Virus record (IMG/VR): IMGVR_UViG_3300035670_000286 | Location: 1 to 52,680 of that record | From: a virus | Lineage: Duplodnaviria; Caudoviricetes | Length of the DNA stretch: 52,680 bases | Reading direction: 5' to 3' (one strand) | Shown: positions 16,860 through 24,818 of the stretch, in pieces | Layout of the letters: every line of letters begins with the position of its first letter | How positions within the stretch are numbered: position 1 is the stretch's first letter | Made by a program: the position numbers and the translations under genes | Notes under the pieces: generated by a model | What the model was told of the DNA's origin: nothing | The model's input: only the letters and a program-made list of their open reading frames with translations | Database searches by the model: none

Positions 16860-17371
16860 ATCTGAGATACAACGTAATAGGTATAATTAAATGTTACGGT
16901 AGATGTTATGAATTCTTGAGTTTCTGCTGTGGAGAAAGTTATATCACCAAGATCGTTTGGATACATTTCAAAGAAATTTACTTTCCACATTGGATTGTTT
17001 GAGTTTGTTTTGATAAACAGAGTACCATCTGAAGTGGTGCTATTATTTGATCCTGGCTTACCATTCAGAGTTCCTACTTTATTTAATGTTGTTGGATTGC
17101 CCAACTGAAACATCCAATTGTATAATTCATACCATGATTGCATGTTTTCGTCAACCATGAAACTCATTGTCAATTGACCAAATGATAATTGATTGCCTGG
17201 AATACTTAACTGTGCAAATGGTGTATTAACTGTAGTAGACTGCAATGCAAGAGAAGGCAGATTCACACTCTGAACAAAGAATGTGAAATTAGGAATTCTA
17301 TCTAAAACAAAATCAAATTTGTTATTAGATAAAAAACTCTTATTGATAGGTGTTGTGCTTAAAGTTGTCAT
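16856..17371 (-). CDS. g3: Tail completion / tube terminator protein
   Basis: FLSNNKF.F...RIP...F.Q.VNLP, F.VDENMQ.W.E.YNW, VTFNY; located between g23 and uvsY. Confidence 0.82.
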   Translation of the reverse strand: MTTLSTTPINKSFLSNNKFDFVLDRIPNFTFFVQSVNLPSLALQSTTVNTPFAQLSIPGNQLSFGQLTMSFMVDENMQSWYELYNWMFQLGNPTTLNKVGTLNGKPGSNNSTTSDGTLFIKTNSNNPMWKVNFFEMYPNDLGDITFSTAETQEFITSTVTFNYTYYVVSQI

Positions 17372-17395
17372 GGAATCCTCTCAAAGGCTTTACAT

Positions 17396-17403
17396 TATTT
17401 ATA
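17396..17403 (-). promoter_or_regulatory. T4-type late promoter (g3)
   Basis: TATAAATA just downstream of the g23 terminator. Confidence 0.85.
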
Positions 17404-17407
17404 AGAC

Positions 17408-17437
17408 AAAAAAAGAGGGCACCTAGGTGCCCTCTTT
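17408..17437 (-). terminator. Intrinsic terminator after g23
   Basis: AAAGAGGGCACCTAGGTGCCCTCTTT palindrome running into a 7-T tract on the minus strand. Confidence 0.9.
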
Positions 17438-17465
17438 GAAGTCCGATCTTTGTCGGCTCTATCGA

Positions 17466-18788
17466 TTACATCAGGTTAGTGATGTTGATTCTACGATAGT
17501 AGGTGTTCTTTTTAGAGAACGAGATTACGCCGTCAGCATCAGATGTTGCAAATGGGTTTGCAACCATGCCGTAACGAGTCTTGAAGCCGATCTTAGGCTG
17601 GAAAGTGTCCTGACCAACTGCACGAACCATCTGTAGAGGAACGTATGGGCAGTAGAACAGACCAGCATCAAATGCGGACTGACCTTTGTAACCGATTGTA
17701 GCGTAGTGAACGCCTGAAGATGCTGCGAAGTATGGATCAATGTAGACCTTGATACGACCATTCAGAACACCAGCGAATGTGTTGCCTGTATCGTCAACTT
17801 GCAGGTTGTTTGCGAGAGCAGGTGTATAGTCTAGAACACCAGCCATCTGAAGTGCGGATGCAACGTCTGAAGAGCAAATCAGAACGTTACCCTTGCCACG
17901 GCGAGTAGCCTTAGCAATTGCGTTTGATTCACGCTCAAGTTGGAACATCAGACCCTTGAACTTTTCAACTGACCAACGACCGTTAGCGTCAACGTCAAGG
18001 TTGAAAGTACCAGCAGATGCTACGTTTTCTTGTGCACCAATTGTTGCAGAAATGTTTACTTGACGAACAACTTCACGGTTGATTTCAGCAAGAATTTCTG
18101 TAGACAGAATGTTTGCAAGTTCTTGCTCTGCGTCAAGACCGTGAACAGCCTTAAGGTCCTGAGCAAGTTCCATTGTGTATTCTGCTTTCAGCGCACGGCT
18201 ACGAGCGGTAACAGCAACCTTTTCGATGCTGAATGCCATCTCTTGGAAGCCCTGACCAACACCATCGCCAAGTGCTTCAGCAGCAGCGGTAGTAAGACCA
18301 GTACCAACTGTATACTCTGTACCACTTGAAAGTGATGCTGGAGTAGAACCAGTTTGTGACTGTGATGTGTTAGCAAATGCAGTATTTGCTTCGTTGAACA
18401 ATGCTTCAGTACCGCCTTGTGTGCTGTAACGTGAACGCATTGCAAAAATCAGACCTGTAGGACCTGTCATTGGCTGAACGCCGCAAATGTCATAAGCGAT
18501 CAGGTTAGGAGCAGCACGGCGAACCAGGCTGATCAGAACAGGATCATAAATGTCAATTGCACCATCGCCTGCTGTTGAAGAAGATGCACCCATTGCGTTT
18601 GTTGGTGCTGCTTCTGACAGAAGGCTTGTTGGCTCGCGATAGCCGCCAGATGAATTCTCACGGCACGAAATTTCTTGGTTCTCAAGAAGTTGTGCTGTGA
18701 CCGCTCTCTTGTGTGCGTCCTTAATCGCACCAAGATCAGGATGATCCAGAACTGGAGTCCATTTCTTTACGAGTTGATTTACATTCAT
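17466..18788 (-). CDS. g23: Major capsid protein
   Basis: KW.PVL, LLENQE, DPVLISLVRRA.PNLIAYDICGVQPMTGPTGLIFAMR, YCPYVPLQ, FQPKIGFKTRYG. Confidence 0.98.
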   Translation of the reverse strand: MNVNQLVKKWTPVLDHPDLGAIKDAHKRAVTAQLLENQEISCRENSSGGYREPTSLLSEAAPTNAMGASSSTAGDGAIDIYDPVLISLVRRAAPNLIAYDICGVQPMTGPTGLIFAMRSRYSTQGGTEALFNEANTAFANTSQSQTGSTPASLSSGTEYTVGTGLTTAAAEALGDGVGQGFQEMAFSIEKVAVTARSRALKAEYTMELAQDLKAVHGLDAEQELANILSTEILAEINREVVRQVNISATIGAQENVASAGTFNLDVDANGRWSVEKFKGLMFQLERESNAIAKATRRGKGNVLICSSDVASALQMAGVLDYTPALANNLQVDDTGNTFAGVLNGRIKVYIDPYFAASSGVHYATIGYKGQSAFDAGLFYCPYVPLQMVRAVGQDTFQPKIGFKTRYGMVANPFATSDADGVISFSKKNTYYRRINITNLM

Positions 18789-18826
18789 ATTTCTCTCCTT
18801 TGAGTATTGTGTATGTTATTACAGTT

Positions 18827-18834
18827 TATTTATA
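18827..18834 (-). promoter_or_regulatory. T4-type late promoter (g23)
   Basis: Intergenic TATAAATA, followed by an AAGGAGAG SD. Confidence 0.88.
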
Positions 18835-18839
18835 AAAAC

Positions 18840-19649
18840 TTATTTCCTGAGGGTTCTAGAAATGCTCTTAACATAGTGAGACATTACCGGTGAAAATTCT
18901 TCGTCAAGTGTGTCTTCTGCTTCAAACTGATCTTTTGCTGGAGCAACATCTTGAGCCTTAGACTCTTCAAAATACTTTTTCTTTGTGAGATTTAGTTTTT
19001 CTTTGTAATCTTCTTCAGATACAAATTCAATGTTTTCTGCAAGAGTTTTCAGTTTAGCCGCTTGAACTTCAGTTAAACCTTCTGTTACTTGTGAAAGAAT
19101 TGTTGTCTTTTTGTATGCGTTAATTTGATTTTTCAGATTAACGTTTTCGGTAACTGTCTTGTCGATTTCTGTTTCCAAAGTATCGACTTTTGACGCTAGT
19201 TCTTCAACCATGTCAACTTTTTCTTCAGGAATATCAATGTAATGTTCTACGAAAAGATTCTTCAATCCAGTCATGAAATCTTCAACAATCTCAGATTTGA
19301 TTCCAGACTCAATTGCCAACTTATTTTGTTCCATCCACTCGCTAACAACATAGTCAAGGTATTCATCAACTTTAGCAACAATGTTTTCGTTGATTGCTTT
19401 AGTTTCTTCCTCAAGTTTTGTAGCATATTCGGCGTCAAGTTGTTCAATCTGTTCATTAACTTTTGCAACTACAGCGGCTTCAAAAATAGCCTTTGCGTTT
19501 GCCTTGAATTCTTCAGAAAGATTTTCGCCGGAGAAAATCGCGTTGATATCCTCGGTGGCATCAACTTTGATTTCGTCCTTTACAATTTCTTCAGAATGAA
19601 GTTCATCCTGATTTTCGATGACTTCATCTTGCTTAATTTTGTCAGTCAT
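18840..19649 (-). CDS. g22: Prohead core scaffold protein
   Basis: LSEEFK..A..IFEAAV, VD.YLDYVV.EWM..N.LA, F..GLK.LF.EHYI; acidic coiled coil. Confidence 0.92.
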   Translation of the reverse strand: MTDKIKQDEVIENQDELHSEEIVKDEIKVDATEDINAIFSGENLSEEFKANAKAIFEAAVVAKVNEQIEQLDAEYATKLEEETKAINENIVAKVDEYLDYVVSEWMEQNKLAIESGIKSEIVEDFMTGLKNLFVEHYIDIPEEKVDMVEELASKVDTLETEIDKTVTENVNLKNQINAYKKTTILSQVTEGLTEVQAAKLKTLAENIEFVSEEDYKEKLNLTKKKYFEESKAQDVAPAKDQFEAEDTLDEEFSPVMSHYVKSISRTLRK

Positions 19650-19686
19650 AATACTCTCCTTATGCGTATTTAAAGATTTACTTACC

Positions 19687-19694
19687 TATTTATA
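19687..19694 (-). promoter_or_regulatory. T4-type late promoter (g22)
   Basis: Intergenic TATAAATA. Confidence 0.85.
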
Positions 19695-19700
19695 AAAAAA

Positions 19701-20348
19701 TTATAGTTTAGACAGGAAATCATTAAAGGTACGCAGCATATTTTCTTCTAAATTGCGTTTTGAGGACTTTTTGATGGTGTCTCTATACTGTGCAATCTGC
19801 ACTTCCTTTATGATTCCGTTTTCCCAAACCCATTCTTTGTTTTCCATAATGCCTCTTACGAACGCATCTGGTGCTGAAGGATCGGCAACAATATCGGCAG
19901 CGGTTGCAAGATAAAAATCATCTTTAACATATTTAACACCGTTCTTTTCTTCAAGAGTTCCCATGCCTCTTGTAGAAACACCTAGAGTAGCACCCTCTAA
20001 CATAAGGTTCTTAACAATATTACCATAAGGAGTATCCATGATTTTTGCTTTACCCATAAAGTCGTTGCCTACTTGACGCAACTCTTTAATCATGTGAGAT
20101 ACTCTTTCGAGGTTGATTGTTGGACCTTCAGGATGTCCTAACTCGCCATATGCGCGATTCTTTTCAACGTATTCTTTGATATATCGATCTGCTTCTTTTT
20201 GAAGAACACTAATGGGATAAACTCTACCATTACGGTTCTTTTGTTCAGCCTGCATGAAAGGTCCTTCAATGAAGAACTGCTTCTTGCCGCCTTCTGTTTC
20301 TTCGGTAATAATATTTACCTGTTCGTTAATTTCTGTAATTAATTTCAT
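19701..20348 (-). CDS. g21: Prohead protease
   Basis: MKLITE, IEGPFMQ...NRNGRVYP, GELGHP, LGVSTRGMG, DIVADPSAPDA. Confidence 0.96.
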   Translation of the reverse strand: MKLITEINEQVNIITEETEGGKKQFFIEGPFMQAEQKNRNGRVYPISVLQKEADRYIKEYVEKNRAYGELGHPEGPTINLERVSHMIKELRQVGNDFMGKAKIMDTPYGNIVKNLMLEGATLGVSTRGMGTLEEKNGVKYVKDDFYLATAADIVADPSAPDAFVRGIMENKEWVWENGIIKEVQIAQYRDTIKKSSKRNLEENMLRTFNDFLSKL

Positions 20349-20644
20349 TTGATCCCCGCAGACTTTCTTCTTCTGAGTGACATTGCTCTTTTTCTTAGAA
20401 TGCGTGATAGCAATGGTTTTCTTTTTCTAGCAGCCTTGCGCTGTGCAAGTCTTCTATGCATTCTTTCTTGAGAGGTCATACGCACAAGTTTTCCGTCAAC
20501 AACTTTATATCCAGGACGCATGGAAACAAATTTTCGTCTTTGTATAACGATTTTTCCTTTTGCATCTCTACGGACACGATTGACTTTAGCAAAATTTGCT
20601 TCGTCAACTTCCGACTCTGCAATGAACTCTTTAAAACTTAGCAT
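20345..20644 (-). CDS. g68: Basic prohead core protein (gp68-like)
   Basis: Arg/Lys-rich, GYKVVDGKLVRM..ER..R; immediately upstream of g21. Confidence 0.65.
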   Translation of the reverse strand: MLSFKEFIAESEVDEANFAKVNRVRRDAKGKIVIQRRKFVSMRPGYKVVDGKLVRMTSQERMHRRLAQRKAARKRKPLLSRILRKRAMSLRRRKSAGIK

Positions 20645-20646
20645 GT

Positions 20647-21108
20647 TTAGGAGATACCGTCATCAGTTACTTCACGGCTTGAATATCCTGCTGTCTTCTT
20701 ACCTTCTACGATGATTGTGTATGCAGCACCGTTTGTAAATCCTACAGTAGAAATTAAAAGATCGCCGTTTGTATTAGCGATATCGTTTGTGATTGGGCAA
20801 GTGCCGTTTGTGACTAAATCAAAAACACCAGAACCAGTTAAAGTAACTGCGGTGTTTGGCGCATCACCACTCCAACTTAGTTTGACGATTGGAGATTGTG
20901 TTGCAGATGCGCCTGATGCAATTGACCAAAAAAGTTTGTTGATTGTAAGACGTTGTGAGGAACCATCACCAGTAGATGCAATCAAATTATTTGCGGTAAC
21001 TTTTGTAACAAACGATTCATTACCCGAACCATCATTTTCATGAGTAAACTTATAAGCCCATGCAGTTGCATGATCTTTAAGTTTTTGAGAAGTTAAAGTA
21101 TTTGCCAT
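20647..21108 (-). CDS. Hypothetical beta-rich virion protein in the head operon
   Basis: 153-aa Thr/Ser/Gly-rich ORF tightly packed between head genes. Confidence 0.7.
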   Translation of the reverse strand: MANTLTSQKLKDHATAWAYKFTHENDGSGNESFVTKVTANNLIASTGDGSSQRLTINKLFWSIASGASATQSPIVKLSWSGDAPNTAVTLTGSGVFDLVTNGTCPITNDIANTNGDLLISTVGFTNGAAYTIIVEGKKTAGYSSREVTDDGIS

Positions 21109-21110
21109 AG

Positions 21111-21698
21111 TTAATCAACCACAACCTGTGAAATCGCAAATTCTAAAAGGCTTTCTGCATCTTCTTCAAGTTTTAGCATGAAGAATTCTTTGTTGTCTTC
21201 ATTTAAATCTTCGTAAAGTTTAAATAGAATATCAACTGCTGCTTCTTCTTTCATCTTTGCTTTGATAGTAGCATATGCTTTTTTTGCTGCTTCGGGTTTG
21301 TCTTTTACCATTGCTGAAGCAACTGCATATGGTCCGCCTTTGTCTTCGTCACCAACACCCTTCTTTTCGAACTCTTTGCCGATGGTGTGCGCCATTTTGG
21401 TTTGCTGTTTAGTGAAGTCTGCTTCTTTCATAGACTTCATCATTTTTTTATATGTTTTCATTTCTGTAACAGCCTCTTCTCCAAATGGTTGTTTATTGTC
21501 CAGTCTATCAGCACGGCGTTTACCTTGTCCAGATTTTACGTCTTTTGGACCAACTTCTTCAGGACCAACTTTTTCCAAATCGCCTGGGTCTTTTGTTTGT
21601 GCCAAATATGTAGTGTGAACAAACTCATGCTCCTTTTTTGCTTTTGGAGCAATGCCCGTTATTTCATCTACTTGTATGAATGACTTAAAGGTCCTCAT
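21111..21698 (-). CDS. Putative internal head protein
   Basis: N-terminus MRTFKSFI resembles a capsid-targeting sequence; Lys/Glu-rich with several candidate gp21 sites (hydrophobic-x-E). Confidence 0.6.
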   Translation of the reverse strand: MRTFKSFIQVDEITGIAPKAKKEHEFVHTTYLAQTKDPGDLEKVGPEEVGPKDVKSGQGKRRADRLDNKQPFGEEAVTEMKTYKKMMKSMKEADFTKQQTKMAHTIGKEFEKKGVGDEDKGGPYAVASAMVKDKPEAAKKAYATIKAKMKEEAAVDILFKLYEDLNEDNKEFFMLKLEEDAESLLEFAISQVVVD

Positions 21699-21909
21699 CT
21701 ACGTTTCCTTCTGAACTTGACTGGAACTCTTGTTCCAAATTATCTTCGTTTGATTCGTCATTGTCCCTAAACAATGCACCTGCAACTTCAACTTTTCTAG
21801 TCTGCAATGCGTCATAAACTTTAGCCTGAAGTGCATCAAAGATATGTGATTTGAAGTCTACTGGTTTAGAATCTGCCGCACTAGTTACTGCTAATTGAAT
21901 GTTTTCCAT
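21685..21909 (-). CDS. g67: Small acidic prohead core protein (gp67-like)
   Basis: 74 aa, directly after g20; F...L..KV.DAL..RK.EVA..LF followed by an acidic tail. Confidence 0.7.
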   Translation of the reverse strand: MENIQLAVTSAADSKPVDFKSHIFDALQAKVYDALQTRKVEVAGALFRDNDESNEDNLEQEFQSSSEGNVDEDL

Positions 21910-21936
21910 AGTATATCTCCTATATTCTGATGTGTT

Positions 21937-21944
21937 TATTTATA
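21937..21944 (-). promoter_or_regulatory. T4-type late promoter (g67 operon)
   Basis: Intergenic TATAAATA. Confidence 0.85.
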
Positions 21945-21961
21945 AAAAACGGAACTTTTAA

Positions 21962-23518
21962 TTATTGATCCGATCTCTTCACATTAATTACTACTTCTTG
22001 TGGAGAACCAACAGATTGTGTTGGTTGAGGTTCAGGAACAGGAGGCAATTCATCTGGCTCATCAGCCGATTCTTCTTCCATTTCTTTATCAAGTTCTTCA
22101 ATTTCATCTTCAGTTTGTCTTAGAACATGTTTACGAACCCATGCTTGAGAGAAATACTTACCAACATAATTGTCAACATCACCAAGAATACCAAGACGTT
22201 CTTTAAGAATTTCTACTTCTTTGAGTTCGGCAAAATGCATATCGTTCATGAAGTCATATGAAATGTCTTCTTTGATCATTGTCCATTCTGCTTTGGTACA
22301 TACTCCCTTGAGTAACAATTGTGTTTCAAGCAATCTATCAAACAAGTGAGAGAAACGCAAGCGCAATCTTGAAATAAATTTAGAAAATTTTAGTTCATCG
22401 CGAGTGATTTCCGATGCACGACCAAGTGAGAACCCATTATCTGCTTCAAGTCTTGAGATTGGAACATTAAGTGCTTTGTAGAGTTTCTTTTGAAAATATA
22501 GAACGTCTTCAATTTCACCTAGATTTTGACCCGCAGGCAGCGTGGTGATTTCAGTTCCTCGACCACCTTCTCTTCGTGGCAGCCAAAAGTCTTCAAGCAT
22601 TGTCTGAAATCTTCTATCGTCACGAATCTCACCAGTCTGTGCATCGTATACTAATTTGTTTTTATACTTCTGCATGATTTCGCGCAGGTATTGTTCTGCC
22701 TTCATCTTAGGTAGATTACCAACATCGATGTAGAAAATTCTACGTTCTGGTGCGCGAGAGATACGATAGATTACTGTAGCATCTTCAAGCATACGCAACT
22801 GATTGAGTGGCTTGAGTGCTTTGTGTAGATGAGAAACAATAATTTTTCCATCTTTATCTGTTACACCAGAATGAACATAACAGATAGAATCGGGAGCAAT
22901 TTTTAGTCCTTGATTGCCATCATTGTTAAATCCTTTAGCAGAATAAATGAAATATTCGTTTGATTCAGGTATGACTTGTTGTGTTTGTCCTAAAACTTGT
23001 TTTGATTTTTTATTTTCACGAACTTTGCGTATTTTTCGGGGATCAATGTAACGAATCTCCTTAAGTCCTTGACGAGGATTTTTTTCATCAATCATCATGT
23101 GATAGTAAAGTCTACCATCAACATACCAACGTCTGAAAATATCGTAGCCTTGATTGTTGAAGTCCAGCAACTTCATAATCTGATAGTATTCTTCTCGAAT
23201 TTTTTTCTTGACAGATTCGGGCTGTTCAAGTTTATCAAGAATAATTTGAACTGGATAATCACCATCGCCATAAACAATTGCTTCGTTTACGATATCTTCA
23301 ATTGCGGTATCGCATTCTGGCTGAAGTGCCATTTCTCGATATCGTTTGATTAAGTCTGCATCATTACGAATCGAACCTTCAAGATCGGTATATATGCCAT
23401 AAACGCCACCGCCGGCGATTGCAACTGAACCGTCTTCTTGTGTGGGTGGTGCGAATGACTTTACCTCTGGCAATTCTTCATCTTTGCCAATTTTATATCC
23501 AAATAATTTTATCGCCAT
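21962..23518 (-). CDS. g20: Portal vertex protein
   Basis: YREMA..PE.D.AIEDIVNE, FRRWYVDGR, YRISRAPERRIFYIDVGNLPK.KAEQY, EDFWLPRREGGRGTEITTLP. Confidence 0.98.
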   Translation of the reverse strand: MAIKLFGYKIGKDEELPEVKSFAPPTQEDGSVAIAGGGVYGIYTDLEGSIRNDADLIKRYREMALQPECDTAIEDIVNEAIVYGDGDYPVQIILDKLEQPESVKKKIREEYYQIMKLLDFNNQGYDIFRRWYVDGRLYYHMMIDEKNPRQGLKEIRYIDPRKIRKVRENKKSKQVLGQTQQVIPESNEYFIYSAKGFNNDGNQGLKIAPDSICYVHSGVTDKDGKIIVSHLHKALKPLNQLRMLEDATVIYRISRAPERRIFYIDVGNLPKMKAEQYLREIMQKYKNKLVYDAQTGEIRDDRRFQTMLEDFWLPRREGGRGTEITTLPAGQNLGEIEDVLYFQKKLYKALNVPISRLEADNGFSLGRASEITRDELKFSKFISRLRLRFSHLFDRLLETQLLLKGVCTKAEWTMIKEDISYDFMNDMHFAELKEVEILKERLGILGDVDNYVGKYFSQAWVRKHVLRQTEDEIEELDKEMEEESADEPDELPPVPEPQPTQSVGSPQEVVINVKRSDQ

Positions 23519-23530
23519 GTTATCTTTCCT

Positions 23531-23560
23531 AAAAAAATGGGGGCGTAATAGCCCCCATTT
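23531..23560 (-). terminator. Intrinsic terminator between g19 and g20, abutting the g20 SD
   Basis: AAATGGGGGC-TATTAC-GCCCCCATTT with a 7-T tract, followed directly by AGGAAAG. Confidence 0.85.
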
Positions 23561-23584
23561 GAGTATGATTGACTATTACGCAAC

Positions 23585-23592
23585 TATTTATA
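23585..23592 (-). promoter_or_regulatory. T4-type late promoter located upstream of the terminator
   Basis: Intergenic TATAAATA 25 bp before the terminator hairpin. Confidence 0.75.
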
Positions 23593-23612
23593 TCATTGCG
23601 TATCGGTCAATT

Positions 23613-24218
23613 TTAGCGAGATGTAGTCGATGTTGCTGGCTGAGAAGCATCTCCAGACTCACTTGTACCACCAACATCCATGTGAGTGTATTGGAAGGTA
23701 ATTGTGAATTCTTGGATTGCGTCTGTAGTATCATACGACAAATCAATTGCAGAAACGTCAGTTGGGAAAGCATTGTAAAGATTATAAACTCTGCTTACCG
23801 ATCCATCCGCTCTGTAATGATCGATCATAATTGTTGAACGATAATCAGCATCGCTATCTCTAAGCGCAAGTTCACCATCAGGATTAATGATGAGTTTCAT
23901 CCATTGATCCATGATCTTACGCATTTGCTGCTTCTCATCGTTGATAACAGTAACAGTCCAGTCTGCAAATGTTCTATCACCAGGGACTTTAATTCTTCTT
24001 CCTCTGAATGGTACTTCAATTACGCCTAATGTCATTGCTGGAATTGCAGCAGAACGGCAGAGGAAAGAAAACTTACTTTCGTCTGTGAAAATACCATTCG
24101 AGTCTGACAAGTCCGTTGGCGCACTAATGAAACAACGGAAGAGGTTAGCCCTAGCACCAGTACCTAGCGTTTCTCTAAATTTTGAAATACTAAACAGTTC
24201 GTCTTGTGTGGTTGCCAT
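23613..24218 (-). CDS. g19: Tail tube protein, paralog 2
   Basis: GARANLFR, FLCRSAAIP, VPFRGRRIKVPGDRTFADWTVTVIND, FPTDVSAIDLSYD...IQEFTITFQY. Confidence 0.92.
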   Translation of the reverse strand: MATTQDELFSISKFRETLGTGARANLFRCFISAPTDLSDSNGIFTDESKFSFLCRSAAIPAMTLGVIEVPFRGRRIKVPGDRTFADWTVTVINDEKQQMRKIMDQWMKLIINPDGELALRDSDADYRSTIMIDHYRADGSVSRVYNLYNAFPTDVSAIDLSYDTTDAIQEFTITFQYTHMDVGGTSESGDASQPATSTTSR

Positions 24219-24232
24219 ATCTTTCCCCTACA

Positions 24233-24784
24233 TTATTCTACAGTTGTGAAGTAGTCGAATGACCAAGTCACAGTAAATTCTTCAATGGTATCGGTGGTAT
24301 CGTATGACAAGTCGATTGTGCTGATATCGCTAGGCCAGCAATTCTCTAATTTGTATGTGTGAATAACCGAACCTGTTTGATCTAATTGTTCAACCAACAT
24401 TGTTGAATATTCTGAAGAAACTGCGCTATCGTCAATTTCTTTTGCGAATGTTTCTTCGTAGTTGATAACACCATATTTTTTCTGAATGTCTTCGACTAAC
24501 TGACGAATTCTTTGATTTTTATCGTTAAGAATTGTTGTAGTCCATTCAGCAAAAGTTCTATCTCCTGCAACCTTGAATCGTCTGCCTGCCATAAAAGGAA
24601 TTTCAATTAACCCAACTGTTGAGCCGGGTAATTGAGCAGCCTTACATAGAAAACTGAATTCTTCAATGGTCGCACTACCGGTAGTCTGTAATGCTGTTCC
24701 GAATGTTGGTACCACTCGGAACAGATTAGAACGAGCACCAGTTCTGATAGCACTAGTCAGACTTGATATTGTAGTAATTGCCAT
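24233..24784 (-). CDS. g19: Tail tube protein, paralog 1
   Basis: GARSNLFR, FLCKAAQLPGS, GRRFKVAGDRTFAEWT, WPSDISTIDLSYD...IEEFTVTW. Confidence 0.92.
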   Translation of the reverse strand: MAITTISSLTSAIRTGARSNLFRVVPTFGTALQTTGSATIEEFSFLCKAAQLPGSTVGLIEIPFMAGRRFKVAGDRTFAEWTTTILNDKNQRIRQLVEDIQKKYGVINYEETFAKEIDDSAVSSEYSTMLVEQLDQTGSVIHTYKLENCWPSDISTIDLSYDTTDTIEEFTVTWSFDYFTTVE

Positions 24785-24811
24785 CTTTCTGTCTCCTTAA
24801 TCTGTTCCTTT

Positions 24812-24818
24812 TATTTAG
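24812..24818 (-). promoter_or_regulatory. Variant late promoter (CTAAATA) overlapping the g18 stop
   Basis: GGC-TAA-ATA, upstream of the g19 SD. Confidence 0.5.
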
